Assembly (NCBI GenBank): GCA_052106055.1
Contig: JBQEBI010000001.1
Location: forward strand, 8,019 to 72,018
Reading direction: 5' to 3'
Length of the DNA: 64,000 bases
DNA from: Oceanisphaera sp.
GTDB lineage: Bacteria; Pseudomonadota; Gammaproteobacteria; Enterobacterales; Aeromonadaceae
Positions 24,462 through 35,916 of this stretch are shown piece after piece. The position numbers and the translations under genes were made by a program. Position 1 is the first letter of the stretch; every line of letters begins with the position of its first letter. The notes under the pieces were generated by a model, which made no database searches, was not told where the DNA came from, and saw only the letters and a program-made list of their open reading frames with translations.

Positions 24462-25382
24462 ATGAGCTGGTTAGAGAAAATTCTTCCTAAAAATAAAAAT
24501 ATCGGTGTTCGTCGTCATAGTATTCCAGAAGGCGTATGGAGCAAATGTACGAGTTGTGAGCAGGTGTTATACCGTGCTGAGTTAGACCGTAATTTAGATG
24601 TGTGCCCTAAATGTGATCATCACATGCGAGTGGGCGCGCGACTGCGCTTAGATAAATTTCTTGATAAAGAGGATCGCGTAGAGCTGGGCGCGGCATTAGA
24701 GCCACAAGACATCCTTAAATTTAGAGACTCTAAAAAATACAAGGATCGCTTGAATGCTGCACAAAAATCCAGCAATGAAAAAGACGCCATCGTCTCTATG
24801 ACCGGGACCCTTAAAGGGATACCTGTGGCTGTATGTGCCTTTGAGTTCTCCTTTATGGGCGGTTCTATGGCCTCGGTAGTAGGCGCTCGCTTTATTGAAG
24901 CTGTTAACGCTTGTATTGAAGAAAATCGTGCCTTAATTTGCTTTTCTGCTTCAGGTGGCGCGCGTATGCAAGAGGCCTTGTTCTCGTTAATGCAAATGGC
25001 GAAAACCAGTGCCGCACTTAATCGTTTGTCACAAGCCGGCTTACCCTATATTTCGGTACTAACAGATCCGACCATGGGCGGCGTATCGGCCAGTTTAGCG
25101 ATGCTTGGTGATGTGAACGTGGGTGAACCTAAAGCGTTGATTGGTTTTGCAGGGCCACGTGTTATTGAACAAACAGTACGTGAAAAACTGCCAGAAGGCT
25201 TTCAGCGCAGTGAGTTTTTGCTAGAGCATGGCGCCATCGATATGATTATTGATCGCCGCGAAATGCGCGATAAACTGGCTGGTTTAATTGGTAAGTTGAT
25301 GAATATAGACGCCGTGAGTGACGTTAAACCTGAGGTACAAGCGCCTGAGGATGAGTCTGATGTTGAGTCTAAAGCCGAATAA
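24462..25382 (+). CDS. accD: acetyl-CoA carboxylase carboxyltransferase beta subunit
   Basis: MSWLEKI.. with a Zn-ribbon [16 protein letters not shown]. Start at ATG 24462 (AAGGA RBS). Confidence 0.95.
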   Translation: MSWLEKILPKNKNIGVRRHSIPEGVWSKCTSCEQVLYRAELDRNLDVCPKCDHHMRVGARLRLDKFLDKEDRVELGAALEPQDILKFRDSKKYKDRLNAAQKSSNEKDAIVSMTGTLKGIPVAVCAFEFSFMGGSMASVVGARFIEAVNACIEENRALICFSASGGARMQEALFSLMQMAKTSAALNRLSQAGLPYISVLTDPTMGGVSASLAMLGDVNVGEPKALIGFAGPRVIEQTVREKLPEGFQRSEFLLEHGAIDMIIDRREMRDKLAGLIGKLMNIDAVSDVKPEVQAPEDESDVESKAE

Positions 25383-25384
25383 TA

Positions 25385-26653
25385 ATGAGCCCACTTGACC
25401 CCTTACAACGCACCTTATCCGATTGGTTAATGGTGCTAGAAAACTTGAATATGGCGCATATTGAGCTGGGTTTATCGCGTATAACCATAGTCGCTGAGCG
25501 ACTGGGGTTGTTGAGCTTGCCCAGTTATGTTGTCACTGTTGGGGGAACTAACGGCAAAGGCACCACTTGTGCGTTGCTTGAGTCAATGTTGCGTGCCGGT
25601 GGCCACAGTGTTGGGGTGTATTCATCGCCACACTTGGTGGATTATCGCGAGCGGGTGCGCATTAATGGTGACAGCCCTGTTGCCGCCGATTTTTGTGCCG
25701 CCTTTGCCGCCGTTGAGTCTGCGCGTATGCAGGGCGAGCAACCGAGTGTGGCCCTGACCTACTTTGAGTTTACGACCCTAGCTGCTTTATGGCTGTTTCG
25801 TGACGCCGCCCCCGAGGTGGTGTTGCTTGAAGTCGGCTTAGGAGGGCGCTTAGATGCCACCAATGTGGTGGCGTCAGATCAAAGCATAGTGACCACGGTT
25901 GCGCTGGATCATACCGACTGGTTGGGGGCCGACCGAGACAGTGTTGGCTTTGAGAAAGCCGGTATTTTTCGTCACGCTAAGCCTGCCGTATGTGGTGATC
26001 CTCAGCCGCCAGAGCGCTTGTTAGCGCACGCTAAACAACTAGGCACTCCCTTGTATTGTACGGGGCGTGATTATGTATGGCAGCAAGTTCAGGCGCCTTC
26101 TGCAAGTGTTGAAGAACATTGGTCATTCAGCGGGTTTGGCCTACAGTTGGATCATTTGCCTATCCCCTCGTTACCTGTCATGAATGCCGCCACGGCATTG
26201 GCAACACTTGCGCTGTCACCCTTTATGCTTGATATTAACGCCATTAAAGAGGGGTTATCAGGTGCGCAGCTCACCGGACGTTTGCAGCAATTAACTCCTC
26301 AATTATGGATTGATGTGGCACATAACCCTGAATCTGCGACGTATTTAGCCCAGCGTTTAGCGGTGCTTAAAGGGAAAGGTCGCTGCTTGGCGGTGGTGGG
26401 CATGCTGAAAGACAAAGACATTCCTGCAAGCCTAGCTCCTCTACAAAATGTAATTGATGAGTGGTATTTGGCAAGTTTATCTGGCCCCCGTGGTGCAACT
26501 GCCAATGAGCTTGCACACTGGCAGTCTGGAGTTTGCTTTAGCTCAGTGAGTGAGGCATTAGCTGTGGCGCAAGTTAATGCAAAAGAGCATGATGTAGTGA
26601 TTGCATTCGGCTCATTTTTTACTGTTGCAGAAGTATTGGCTCACGCCGAGTAA
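25385..26653 (+). CDS. folC: bifunctional folylpolyglutamate synthase / dihydrofolate synthase
   Basis: Mur-ligase P-loop VGGTNGKGT; 422 aa; accD-folC-dedD synteny. Confidence 0.9.
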   Translation: MSPLDPLQRTLSDWLMVLENLNMAHIELGLSRITIVAERLGLLSLPSYVVTVGGTNGKGTTCALLESMLRAGGHSVGVYSSPHLVDYRERVRINGDSPVAADFCAAFAAVESARMQGEQPSVALTYFEFTTLAALWLFRDAAPEVVLLEVGLGGRLDATNVVASDQSIVTTVALDHTDWLGADRDSVGFEKAGIFRHAKPAVCGDPQPPERLLAHAKQLGTPLYCTGRDYVWQQVQAPSASVEEHWSFSGFGLQLDHLPIPSLPVMNAATALATLALSPFMLDINAIKEGLSGAQLTGRLQQLTPQLWIDVAHNPESATYLAQRLAVLKGKGRCLAVVGMLKDKDIPASLAPLQNVIDEWYLASLSGPRGATANELAHWQSGVCFSSVSEALAVAQVNAKEHDVVIAFGSFFTVAEVLAHAE

Positions 26654-26735
26654 GCTTAATAACAGTGCGTCGTTTAACGGTGATAACCCCTCTTTTGGGT
26701 AAGTAATATGACAGGCAATAAATAGGGAGAGCACT

Positions 26736-27344
26736 TTGGCGACACAGTTTCAGCATCGGTTAGTAGGTACTGTCATTTTGGTGGCGCTGGGCGTTATCTT
26801 TTTGCCTGATGTGTTAAATGGTAAGCAGCAGCGTCCCCCCGATGAGGCGGTGACTATTCCTCTGCGCCCCGAACTTGAACCGGCGCGCGCACTAGTGGAA
26901 GCACCTGCTGACTCAACGTCTGACAATGCCCCTGTTCAATCAGTAAATGAGTCGCCGACGTGGAACATAGAACAAGCTCAAGAAGCGCCTCCTGTGGCCC
27001 CTTCGGCAGCGAAACCTGAGCCTGTGGTTAAACCGAAACCGGCGCCCAAACCGACGCCTCAGGTAGCAGCCAAAGCTGAGCCTGTCACCTCGGCGGCACC
27101 GGTAGCAACGCAGGAGGCCAGTCATATAGTGCAGCTAGGCGCATTTCGCAATGCTGAAAATGTGAATGCGTTAATTAAAAAACTGCAGGCTGCCGGTTAT
27201 CCCGCACGCACTACTCCCGCAGTACCACAAGAAGGCGAAATTAATCGGGTATGGATTGGGCCGGATAACAAAACTCGATTAGAGCAGCAGTTAAAAGCAT
27301 TAGAGCAATTAACAGGCCTAAAAGGCAGTGTGAGGCCTAAGTAA
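26736..27344 (+). CDS. dedD: SPOR-domain cell division protein DedD
   Basis: MATQFQHRLVGTVILVALGVIFLP parallels the E. coli DedD N-terminus. Pro/Ala-rich linker and C-terminal SPOR domain (IVQLGAFRNAENVNALIKKL). TTG start. Confidence 0.8.
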   Translation: MATQFQHRLVGTVILVALGVIFLPDVLNGKQQRPPDEAVTIPLRPELEPARALVEAPADSTSDNAPVQSVNESPTWNIEQAQEAPPVAPSAAKPEPVVKPKPAPKPTPQVAAKAEPVTSAAPVATQEASHIVQLGAFRNAENVNALIKKLQAAGYPARTTPAVPQEGEINRVWIGPDNKTRLEQQLKALEQLTGLKGSVRPK

Positions 27345-27400
27345 CTGTAGCGCCCAGCGCTTGAAGCTGTACGTCGTTCGCTATACACGGTAAGAAATAA

Positions 27401-27431
27401 AACACCGGATCTCTTGAGCCGGTGTTTTTTT
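27401..27431. terminator. bidirectional terminator (dedD / aguA)
   Basis: aacaccgg..ccggtgtt stem flanked by A and T runs. Confidence 0.75.
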
Positions 27432-27461
27432 ATCTTTAACGTAGAGCTTATAGCGTACCGC

Positions 27462-28538
27462 TTACGGCTGTGTTGCAGGTATTTGCTGAGTAATGCAGTG
27501 AATATTACCGCCCCCTAGCAATACTTCTCGGGTGGCTATGCCCACTACCTCTAACTCTGGGAAAATGCTCTCTAATATTTGCTGGGCTTTACTGTCGGTG
27601 TCCGGGTCAAGTAATGGAAAAATAAGCCGATTATTTGTGATCAAAAAGTTAACGTAAGAAGCAGCCATACGATCTCCTGCTCGGCGGGGAACACCTGAGC
27701 CTGGTTTAATGCCGGCGGCTTCTTGCTGACTAATATACAAGGGGTTAGGTTGGGGTAATTTCCATATTTTAAGCTGGCGACCCTTGGCATCACGAGCTTG
27801 ACTCAACACCTTATAAGCGGCTTGAGAGCGTGCATATTGTGGATCTTTTTTATCGTCAGTCCAATGTAATATCACCTCGCCCGGGCGAGCAAAGCAGGCC
27901 ATGTTGTCAATATGACCATCGGTTTCATCTAAATGCACGCCCAGCGGTAGCCAAATAAAATGGGTTACGCCTAAGTAATCTTTAAGCTGCTGTTCAATGT
28001 CTTGTTGTGTGTAGTCAGGGTTACGATTTTTGTTCAACAAGCACTCGGCTGTGGTTAATAATGTGCCTTCACCGTCCACATGAATAGAGCCTCCCTCTAA
28101 TACAATAGGCGCCTTAAACATAGGTAGGTGGTGATGCTCCAACATAGCGCTAGCCATGGCTTGGTCTTTTTCCCAAGAGTAATACAGGCCTTCTTCGTGT
28201 CCCCCCCACGCATTAAATATCCAGCTTACACCGGCGCGCTCGCCTTTATTATTAATAACAAGAGTAGGCCCTGTATCTCGTGCCCAAGCGTCATCACTGT
28301 CAATGGCAACCAAATTCACTAAGGGGGGCATAATGGCTTTAGCAAGTGCCATGTCTTGCTCGGGCACCGCCATATAAACTGGGGTCGCCACCGCAATAGC
28401 CTCTGCAATACGGGCAAAAGTACGTTGTGCTGGCTGACCGAATTCACGCCAATTATCGCCACGGTGTGGCCATATCATCCATACAGCGGCTTGTGGCGCC
28501 CATTCACCAGGCATATAAAATTCGCAAAGCGCGTCCAT
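27462..28538 (-). CDS. aguA: agmatine deiminase
   Basis: [17 protein letters not shown].. and C-terminal [11 protein letters not shown] catalytic Cys motif. Start overlaps the aguB stop (TAATG). Confidence 0.9.
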   Translation of the reverse strand: MDALCEFYMPGEWAPQAAVWMIWPHRGDNWREFGQPAQRTFARIAEAIAVATPVYMAVPEQDMALAKAIMPPLVNLVAIDSDDAWARDTGPTLVINNKGERAGVSWIFNAWGGHEEGLYYSWEKDQAMASAMLEHHHLPMFKAPIVLEGGSIHVDGEGTLLTTAECLLNKNRNPDYTQQDIEQQLKDYLGVTHFIWLPLGVHLDETDGHIDNMACFARPGEVILHWTDDKKDPQYARSQAAYKVLSQARDAKGRQLKIWKLPQPNPLYISQQEAAGIKPGSGVPRRAGDRMAASYVNFLITNNRLIFPLLDPDTDSKAQQILESIFPELEVVGIATREVLLGGGNIHCITQQIPATQP

Positions 28539-29434
28539 TAACGGCTGCCCTCGTGCTGACCATCTGAGGTCTTTAATGTGGTGTACATACCTGGGCGGCG
28601 GTCACGGAATAATCCCCAGCTGGCACGATTTTTAGCAATATTAGCTAAATCAAATTGGTGTACTAACACCCCCTCTGTGGTGTTATCAGCTTGTTGTACT
28701 AGCTCGCCAAATTCATCAGTAATAAATGAGCCACCATAAAAGGTCGTTGCTAGGCCATCTATATACTGGCTTTGTTCAACACCAATACGATTAGAAGCAA
28801 TAACCGGCACTAGGTTAGCTGCTGCATGGCCTTGCTGGGTTCGGGTCCAGTGTGGGTGACTGTTAATGCTCGCATCTTGGGGTTCACTGCCTATAGCGGT
28901 AGGGAAAAACATCAACTCGGCCCCCATAAGCGCTAAACTACGTGCAGTTTCAGGAAACCACTGATCCCAACAAATGGCTACCCCAATTTTGGCATAGCGG
29001 GTTTGCCACACTTTAAAACCGGTATCGCCGGGTGTAAAAAATTGTTTTTCTTGATAGCCTGGGCCGTTTGGAATATGGGTTTTACGGTATAAATCCAGTG
29101 CGCTGCCATCGGCATCAATCACAATCAGTGAGTTGTAAAAAGCATTTCCTGACCGCTCAAAAAAGCTCAGGGGTAGCACCACGGCCAATTCTTTGGCTAA
29201 TGCCTGAAAGTGGCGAATAAGTGGGCTGTTATCGGCTTCTTGCGCTAATGCAAAATGCTCTGGGCTTTGGTCGATACAAAAATAGGGCGTTTCAAATAGC
29301 TCTTGGATCAAGATTATCTGCGCACCTTTGGCTGCGGCATCGCGCACCAGCTTTTCGGCTCGTTGAATATTTTCATCTCTATTCCAGCTGCAGGCCATTT
29401 GGGTGGCGGCGACACTAACCATGGTCATGTTCAA
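28538..29434 (-). CDS. aguB: N-carbamoylputrescine amidase (CN-hydrolase)
   Basis: Nitrilase-superfamily motifs ([23 protein letters not shown]). Coupled to aguA. Confidence 0.9.
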   Translation of the reverse strand: MNMTMVSVAATQMACSWNRDENIQRAEKLVRDAAAKGAQIILIQELFETPYFCIDQSPEHFALAQEADNSPLIRHFQALAKELAVVLPLSFFERSGNAFYNSLIVIDADGSALDLYRKTHIPNGPGYQEKQFFTPGDTGFKVWQTRYAKIGVAICWDQWFPETARSLALMGAELMFFPTAIGSEPQDASINSHPHWTRTQQGHAAANLVPVIASNRIGVEQSQYIDGLATTFYGGSFITDEFGELVQQADNTTEGVLVHQFDLANIAKNRASWGLFRDRRPGMYTTLKTSDGQHEGSR

Positions 29435-29829
29435 TTCCTCAACGTAATAAATGATTGCGAGTCGTAAGGACCTTGAAAGGCATGATGATATGGGGCTTTA
29501 GTAGACAACCCATACTGACCCACGACCCAAGCCATTCATATTCTAGCAACTCAAAAAATGCAGAGCGCAGTGTGCCTCTAAGTGTAAAATCACGCAATTA
29601 GATATTATGATTTATTTGCACTATATGATGTGAAAATACAGCGCTGAGCACCGAGGAAAAATACTAACCTTAGATCTGCAACTAAACCTGCTAAAATATA
29701 GAGATCAGATCTAATAGGGCGAGCGCTTCGGGCAGTGATCAGCTTGAAGCTGAGAGCGGGAAGAACCCCATCGAGCCAGTTTGATGCTTGGCTTCTAGCT
29801 TAGTGCTTTCAGTTATATTTAGCTCTTAC

Positions 29830-29866
29830 AAAAAAGCCGCCACCCAAGGTGGGCGGTGGCTTTTTT
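29830..29866. terminator. GC-rich hairpin with flanking A6 and T6 runs (terminator of the 29909-31234 gene; bidirectional form)
   Basis: aaaaaagccgccaccc-aa-ggtgggcggtggctttttt. Confidence 0.7.
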
Positions 29867-29908
29867 ACCAATAGCATACGGCGTAAAGTGTAAGACTCCC
29901 TGAAGGGG

Positions 29909-31234
29909 CTAAAGCACCATGGCCGCTAACCAGCCAAAGCCTATTAGCGGAATATTGTAGTGCACAAAAGTTGGCACTACCGAGTCCCAAATATGATCAT
30001 GCTGGCCGTCCGCATTTAAGCCCGAGGTGGGACCTAAGGTGGAGTCAGATGCTGGTGAACCGGCATCACCCAAGGCGCCTGCTGTGCCAATAATGGCCAG
30101 TGCCGCCAAAGGTGAAAAACCCAGCGCAATACACAAAGGCGCATAAATAGGAGCAATAATAGGAATAGTCGAAAATGACGAGCCAATGCCCATGGTGATT
30201 AACAAGCCTACCACTAACATCATTAATGCGGCCAATGGCTTATTATCACCCATGCTCATTTCTACGGCCTGCACCAAGCTGCCAATGCCGTCTGTAGCTT
30301 TTATCACGGCGGCAAAACCAGCGGCGGCAATCATGATAAAACCAATTAACGACATCATTTTCACCCCTTGAGTGAAGGCGTCTTGGCTTTCTTTAAATTT
30401 AATCACACCACCAAAGGTGAAAATCATAAAGCCGACCATGGCACCTAAAATAATGGAGTTACTATAGAGCTGTAGGCTGAGTGCACATAAAATAGCGGCC
30501 ATGGCTACTAATAAATGCGGCACATGAACGTGTATATGTTCGGGCTCCACAGCTATAATTTTGCTTTCGTCGTAAAGGCGAGGCTTGCGATAAGTAAAAA
30601 ATAGTGCGACCAATAAGCCTAAAAACATACCAAATACTGGAATACCCATGGCAATGGGCAGCATAGCGCGAGTTACCTCAACGCCATTTTCCACCATGTT
30701 TGCTAATAAAACCGTGTGCAAAAAAATCCCGCCAAAGCCCACGGGTAACATCATATAAGTGGCTGTTAAACCAAAGGTTAAGATACAGGCAACGGCTCGG
30801 CGATCGAGTTTAAGCTTTGCCATAACATGTAACAGTGGTGGAATTAAAATAGGAATAAAGGCGATATGTACTGGCACTAAGTTTTGTGACGAGACAGCTA
30901 CCAGTAAAATGGTGACCAAAAGCAAGGCTTTTATCCACACCATGCGGCCAGCACTGGCGTTTTGCCCTAGTGCTTTAATAATTTTAAAGGCCAGTAAATC
31001 GGTAATGCCAGAGCGGGCAATAGCCACGGCAAACGCCCCTAACATGGCATAGCTTAGGGCAATAGTCGCGCCTCCCCCTAAACCGCCGGCAAAGGTATTG
31101 GCCGCTTCAGTCAGTGATAGTCCCCCCACCATGCCACCGACAATTGCGCTGAGGGTGATAGCAATCACGACGTTAATGCGCAGTAAACTGAGTACCAGCA
31201 TTAAGCAGACGGCGATAACAACAGGATTCATCAT
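29909..31234 (-). CDS. Na+/H+ antiporter-family / YuiF-like permease (substrate unknown)
   Basis: 441-aa polytopic membrane protein; N-terminus [34 protein letters not shown] resembles the YuiF-type family. Assigned from memory only. Confidence 0.5.
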   Translation of the reverse strand: MMNPVVIAVCLMLVLSLLRINVVIAITLSAIVGGMVGGLSLTEAANTFAGGLGGGATIALSYAMLGAFAVAIARSGITDLLAFKIIKALGQNASAGRMVWIKALLLVTILLVAVSSQNLVPVHIAFIPILIPPLLHVMAKLKLDRRAVACILTFGLTATYMMLPVGFGGIFLHTVLLANMVENGVEVTRAMLPIAMGIPVFGMFLGLLVALFFTYRKPRLYDESKIIAVEPEHIHVHVPHLLVAMAAILCALSLQLYSNSIILGAMVGFMIFTFGGVIKFKESQDAFTQGVKMMSLIGFIMIAAAGFAAVIKATDGIGSLVQAVEMSMGDNKPLAALMMLVVGLLITMGIGSSFSTIPIIAPIYAPLCIALGFSPLAALAIIGTAGALGDAGSPASDSTLGPTSGLNADGQHDHIWDSVVPTFVHYNIPLIGFGWLAAMVL

Positions 31235-31523
31235 GTATCCTTACAAATTTGTGATTTTAGAAGAAATAAGGGGAGTATTTTGCGAGTTTAGCGCTGAATG
31301 TCGAGCTTTTTTACTAATATTAGTCAGGTAAAGAGAAGGCAGGTGGCAGTGAACTGTCAATAACGGAGTTTTGTGCTCGTGATTACGTAAATTGCTGGTA
31401 TTTTGTGCAAGTAAGCTAAGTTCGCGCATTGTGCCTCTTGGGTTTCACCTTGCTCGCCCATATACTACAGAATGAGCGTAGGGTTTTTTAAACCTACACA
31501 GTGTAATCACTAAGGAGATAGAC

Positions 31524-32135
31524 ATGAGCGTATTGGTAGGCCGTCAGGCCCCTGACTTTACTGCTGCAGCTGTACTGGGCAATGGCGAAATCGTTGAAAA
31601 CTTCAACCTTAAAGAGTTCACCAAAGGTAAAGCAGCTGTGCTGTTTTTCTACCCATTGGATTTTACCTTTGTATGTCCTTCTGAGTTGATCGCTTTTGAC
31701 GATCGCTTTGCTGACTTCCAAGAGCGCGGCGTAGAAGTGATCGGCGTGTCAATCGACTCTCAGTTTAGCCATAATGCATGGCGTAACACCAGTGTTGATA
31801 ACGGCGGTATTGGCCAAGTTAAATACCCACTGGTTGCTGACGTTAAGCACGAAATCTGTAAAGCATACGACGTTGAGCACCCAGAAGCTGGCGTGGCTTT
31901 CCGTGGTTCTTTCTTGATCGATGGTAATGGCCAAGTTCGCCACCAAGTAGTGAACGATCTGCCATTAGGTCGTAACATCGACGAAATGCTGCGCATGGTA
32001 GACGCACTACAATTCCACGAAGAGCACGGTGAAGTGTGCCCAGCACAGTGGGAAAAAGGTAAAAAAGGCATGGAAGCATCAGCTGAAGGCGTTGCTAAGT
32101 ACCTGACTGAAAACGTAGGCGACGTTAAGCGTTAA
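31524..32135 (+). CDS. typical 2-Cys peroxiredoxin (AhpC/Tsa family)
   Basis: FYPLDFTFVCPSE peroxidatic Cys and GEVCPAQW resolving Cys; 203 aa. Confidence 0.9.
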   Translation: MSVLVGRQAPDFTAAAVLGNGEIVENFNLKEFTKGKAAVLFFYPLDFTFVCPSELIAFDDRFADFQERGVEVIGVSIDSQFSHNAWRNTSVDNGGIGQVKYPLVADVKHEICKAYDVEHPEAGVAFRGSFLIDGNGQVRHQVVNDLPLGRNIDEMLRMVDALQFHEEHGEVCPAQWEKGKKGMEASAEGVAKYLTENVGDVKR

Positions 32136-32150
32136 TTCGCATTCACCTAT

Positions 32151-32193
32151 ATGCAATAAAAATGCCGGCACTTGCCGGCATTTTTTATTGCAT
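32151..32193. terminator. long near-perfect palindromic terminator
   Basis: atgcaataaaaatgccggca-ctt-gccggcattttttattgcat between convergent genes. Confidence 0.8.
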
Positions 32194-32215
32194 ATAAAGC
32201 TAAGATCAGAGGCGA

Positions 32216-32461
32216 TTAAGCTGTTTCAGACTCGCGTAATAATGTTAGCAGAGCTTGCGCATGCTCACTGGCTTCTCGGCCTATATCAGTCAAGTAGCCA
32301 CCATCTTCTAAGGTGATCAGCCCCTTGCTATGTAAAGATTTTGCCGCTGCAACTAGGCTAGCATCAGCATCATGATGTACCTTAATGCCTTGTTGTGTGG
32401 TATCTAAACTAAAATGCTGTAAAAAGTTTAATTCGTTGAGTAAGTCTGGATGATAGCGCAT
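32216..32461 (-). CDS. small conserved hypothetical protein (81 aa)
   Basis: ORF with a GAGGG RBS before ATG 32461. No family recognised. Confidence 0.4.
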   Translation of the reverse strand: MRYHPDLLNELNFLQHFSLDTTQQGIKVHHDADASLVAAAKSLHSKGLITLEDGGYLTDIGREASEHAQALLTLLRESETA

Positions 32462-32629
32462 ATAAGAACCCTCAATTAAAATAACCACTTAACGTTAGCC
32501 TGTTCTTAGCACGATCGTTGCGTGTGAGATCACAATTAACACTTTCATTTGAAATCAACCGTGTAGCTTGCATCAGTAAGCTCAGTTGTTAAAAATATAC
32601 CTTTGCCGATTTAAAAGGATTTTACCGCC

Positions 32630-34111
32630 ATGACAGCCATTTGTATTCAGGACGCTCAGTTTGCCATTAGCGAGCAAAATCACCTAAGCATTCAACAACT
32701 TGAACTTCATGCTGGACAATGTTGGAGCTTTGTGGGAGCGAATGGGAGTGGTAAGACCTCATTGGCACGCGCTTTAGCCAAAGAGCTGACCTCAACGTCG
32801 GGGGCGGTAGAAAATAACTTTCAGCGGATAGAGTGGGTGTCATTTGAGCAATTACAGACATTAGCTGATCGCGAGCGCGAACAAGATGACAGTGACTTAC
32901 AAGACCATGTTGATCACGGGCACACCGCGCGTCAAATAATACAAGAGCAGCCGGTTAATGATACTGAGCTTGTCGCATTAGCCGAGCGCTTTGGTATTAG
33001 TACATTGCTTGGCCGTGGGTTTCGTTACTTGTCTACCGGCGAAACCCGCAAAGTGTTACTGTGTCGTGCCTTATTACAACATCCTGATTTATTAATTTTA
33101 GACGAGCCTTTTGACGGCTTAGATGTTGAAGCCCAAGCCGATTTAACAAGGTTACTGCAAGAGCGAGTAGCGGCGGGGCAAACCTTAGTCCTTATTCTCA
33201 ATCGTTTAGAAGAACTCCCCGATTTTAGTGATCATCTGGGTATTTTAACCGAATGTGCATTAAGCATGGCAGGGGAGCGTAGCAAGATAGCAGCCTCTGC
33301 AGAATTAGCACAACTTAACCACTTGACTGCTATGGAGGCGGCAACCCAGCAATTACCCCCCGCCGACCCCGATGCCACTCGCCGTACATTAGATGCCGAC
33401 ACGCCGCGTATTGTGATGCGTGATATGACAGTGACCTATGGCGATAAGCGCATTCTTGATGGCTTAAACTGGCAAGTCGATCCTGGTCAGCATTGGCAAA
33501 TAGTCGGCCCTAATGGGGCGGGCAAATCCACTTTATTAAGCTTAGTCACAGGTGATCATCCTCAAGGATATAGTAATCATCTGGTGTTATTTGGTCACAG
33601 ACGCGGCAGTGGCGAAAGTATCTGGGATATAAAACAACACATTGGTTATGTAAGCAGCAGCATGCAGCAAGACTACCGAGTGACTTCTACCCCGAAAGCG
33701 GTGATTTTATCCGGCTTTTTTGACTCTATTGGTGTGTATCAGCAACCGGGCAGCACCCAACTTGCCTTGGCTGATCAGTGGTTAAGTTTACTTGGTATGA
33801 GCCATCTCGCAAACGAGCCGTTTCGGCATTTATCTTACGGGCAACAGCGCTTGTTACTTATTGCCCGTGCCATGGTGAAGCATCCTCCTATTTTGATCCT
33901 CGACGAACCTTTGCAAGGGCTAGACAGCTTCAATCGTCATTGGGTTAAACGCTGGATAGATCTATTAGTGGCAGAAGGGGGCACTCAGTTATTGTTTGTT
34001 TCCCACCACGAGCAAGACGCACCAACCTGTATCAGTCATCGTTTAACCTTTGTCTCAGCGGAGCATGGCTATCACTACGAGATAACAGATGCTACATTAG
34101 CAGTTTCTTAA
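32630..34111 (+). CDS. ModF-like double ABC ATPase (no membrane partner nearby)
   Basis: Two ABC cassettes: GANGSGKTS..LSTGE..LILDEP and GPNGAGKST..LSYGQ..LILDEP. 493 aa, similar in size and architecture to E. coli ModF. Confidence 0.7.
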   Translation: MTAICIQDAQFAISEQNHLSIQQLELHAGQCWSFVGANGSGKTSLARALAKELTSTSGAVENNFQRIEWVSFEQLQTLADREREQDDSDLQDHVDHGHTARQIIQEQPVNDTELVALAERFGISTLLGRGFRYLSTGETRKVLLCRALLQHPDLLILDEPFDGLDVEAQADLTRLLQERVAAGQTLVLILNRLEELPDFSDHLGILTECALSMAGERSKIAASAELAQLNHLTAMEAATQQLPPADPDATRRTLDADTPRIVMRDMTVTYGDKRILDGLNWQVDPGQHWQIVGPNGAGKSTLLSLVTGDHPQGYSNHLVLFGHRRGSGESIWDIKQHIGYVSSSMQQDYRVTSTPKAVILSGFFDSIGVYQQPGSTQLALADQWLSLLGMSHLANEPFRHLSYGQQRLLLIARAMVKHPPILILDEPLQGLDSFNRHWVKRWIDLLVAEGGTQLLFVSHHEQDAPTCISHRLTFVSAEHGYHYEITDATLAVS

Positions 34112-34161
34112 TAAACAAAGCAACAGCAGAGCCACTTTTATAATTTGTTGGATCACAGCCC

Positions 34162-34818
34162 ATGTTAAATATGAACCTTAACCAATCTCTGGCCATCCCC
34201 TATCAAGTCGATAGGTGGCAGGCTTCACCTGCCAGTGGCGTGTGGCGCTATCCATTAGAGCGCGAACAAGCCGAAAGTGGCCATGTCACAAGCTTAGTGC
34301 GCTTTGATGCCAACTCCTATTTCCCCGAGCACAGCCATCCACTAGGCGAAGAGTTTTGGGTGCTCGAGGGGACTTTTTCCGATGAAAGTGGCGACTACCC
34401 CGCAGGCAGTTATGTACGTAACCCACCGGGCAGCCGGCATCGCTCTTTTACTCGTGATGGCTGCATGATTTTTGTAAAGTTGAATCAGTTTTCAGCTGAA
34501 GATAAGCAATGGGTTAAAGTGCTACCTGAATCATCCGTATGGCAAGCAGGCCTGCAAGGATACCAGCGTTTGCCACTGCACCATTTTGCCGATGTGCATA
34601 CTTGTGCGCTGTATTTTGCGCAAGGGGGTGTATTACCGGTTGCTGATTATAAAAACGGGCTAGAAATATTGGTATTAGCAGGCAGTGTTATGGATAGTGA
34701 CAAGACGTATACGCGATTAAGCTGGCTGCGTTTTGCCCCTCATAGCCTGCCTCACTTACAGCTAGCGCCCCATACTCAGTTATGGCTAAGAAGCGGTCAC
34801 TTGGCTGACCTCTCCTGA
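34162..34818 (+). CDS. cupin-domain protein (ChrR-like cupin)
   Basis: FPEHSHPLGEEFWVLEGTFSDESGDYPAGSYVRNPPGSRH, a cupin metal motif. Confidence 0.55.
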   Translation: MLNMNLNQSLAIPYQVDRWQASPASGVWRYPLEREQAESGHVTSLVRFDANSYFPEHSHPLGEEFWVLEGTFSDESGDYPAGSYVRNPPGSRHRSFTRDGCMIFVKLNQFSAEDKQWVKVLPESSVWQAGLQGYQRLPLHHFADVHTCALYFAQGGVLPVADYKNGLEILVLAGSVMDSDKTYTRLSWLRFAPHSLPHLQLAPHTQLWLRSGHLADLS

Positions 34819-34822
34819 TACT

Positions 34823-34858
34823 AAAACGGCCCGACATCCTCTGATGTCGGGCCGTTTT
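34823..34858. terminator. bidirectional terminator
   Basis: aaaacggcccgacatc-ctct-gatgtcgggccgtttt perfect 16-bp stem. Confidence 0.85.
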
Positions 34859-34884
34859 ATAGCGGCTAATACCAATTTGGCAAT

Positions 34885-35559
34885 TTAAGCCTGATTGGTT
34901 TCAGCTTGATCAGTTTCAACCGGACCTAGCGGCCAACCGCCCAGTTTCTTCCAACGGTTTACAATCAAACAAAACAGCTCAGTGGTCTTTTGCGTATCAT
35001 ACAAAGCACTGTGCGCTTCTTTACCATCAAATTTCATGCCGGCCGCTTTACAGGCTTTAGCTAGCACCGTCTGCCCCAATGCCAAGCCGGCGAGACTGGC
35101 GGTATCAAAGGTGGCAAAGGGGTGAAAGGGGTTGCGCTTTAGCTCAGCGCGTTCCGCTGCGGCCATGACAAAAGCATGATCAAAGGCGGCATTATGTGCC
35201 ACCATAATCGCCCGCTGGCATTTGTTGGCTTTTAAGCCTTTACGAATGCCTTTAAAGATATGATCCAGCGCTTCGCGCTCACTGACCGCGCCTCGCAGCG
35301 CACTATGAGGATCAATGCCGGTAAAGGCGAGGGCGGCAGGCTCAAGATTCGCCCCCTCAAACGGCTCAACATTAAAATGAAATGTTTGATCAGGCACCAG
35401 CCAGCCATTGCTATCCATTTTTAGCGTAATAGCGGCAATTTCTAGCAACGCATCGGTTTTGGCATTAAAGCCGCCGGTTTCTACGTCGATCACCACCGGA
35501 TAATAGCCCCGAAAGCGTTCGTTAAGCTGAGTTAAAGCTGCTGATTCCGTCATTGTCAT
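34885..35559 (-). CDS. rnt: ribonuclease T
   Basis: DEDDh exonuclease motifs ([30 protein letters not shown]); 224 aa. Confidence 0.9.
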   Translation of the reverse strand: MTMTESAALTQLNERFRGYYPVVIDVETGGFNAKTDALLEIAAITLKMDSNGWLVPDQTFHFNVEPFEGANLEPAALAFTGIDPHSALRGAVSEREALDHIFKGIRKGLKANKCQRAIMVAHNAAFDHAFVMAAAERAELKRNPFHPFATFDTASLAGLALGQTVLAKACKAAGMKFDGKEAHSALYDTQKTTELFCLIVNRWKKLGGWPLGPVETDQAETNQA

Positions 35560-35705
35560 CCTAATTTAGCCTAAAAAACTGGGTCGCTATTATGCCAGAG
35601 TCACAGCACATCGTCGCCTATCTTGCCGAAACAGTCGGTTTATAACGGTAAAAACAACAAGATGATGCAATTATGTGCAAACAGTTCGTTTATCAAAAAA
35701 AAACA

Positions 35706-35734
35706 TTGCACCTTTAGCGTTGCTTGCCTACTAT
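35706..35734 (+). promoter_or_regulatory. candidate sigma-70 promoter of tRNA-Ser
   Basis: TTGCAC, 17 nt spacer, TACTAT, followed by a GC-rich discriminator (acgccccgc) and preceded by an A-tract. Confidence 0.45.
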
Positions 35735-35775
35735 ACGCCCCGCTGAACAAGCAACGGCTTGTCAGCATAATATTT

Positions 35776-35863
35776 GGTGAGGTGGCCGAGTGGCTGAAGG
35801 CGCACGCCTGGAAAGCGTGTATACGGAAACGTATCGAGGGTTCGAATCCCTCCCTCACCGCCA
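35776..35863 (+). tRNA. tRNA-Ser (anticodon GGA)
   Basis: GGTGAGG acceptor stem, anticodon loop CTGGAAA, long variable arm, GGTTCGAATCC T-loop and encoded CCA. Near-identical in layout to E. coli serW/serX. Confidence 0.97.
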
Positions 35864-35870
35864 AATTCTT

Positions 35871-35916
35871 AAAGCGGAAAGTTTTGTATAACAAAACTTT
35901 CCGCTTTATTTTTTTC
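35871..35916 (+). terminator. rho-independent terminator of tRNA-Ser
   Basis: aaagcggaaagttttgt-ata-acaaaactttccgcttt followed by a T run. Confidence 0.85.

Noticed and set aside
29749-29790. TPP-riboswitch-like gctgaga...accc string
   Set aside because: The downstream CCTGATCTGGATAATGCCAGCG-type half is missing, and there is no thiamine gene nearby.
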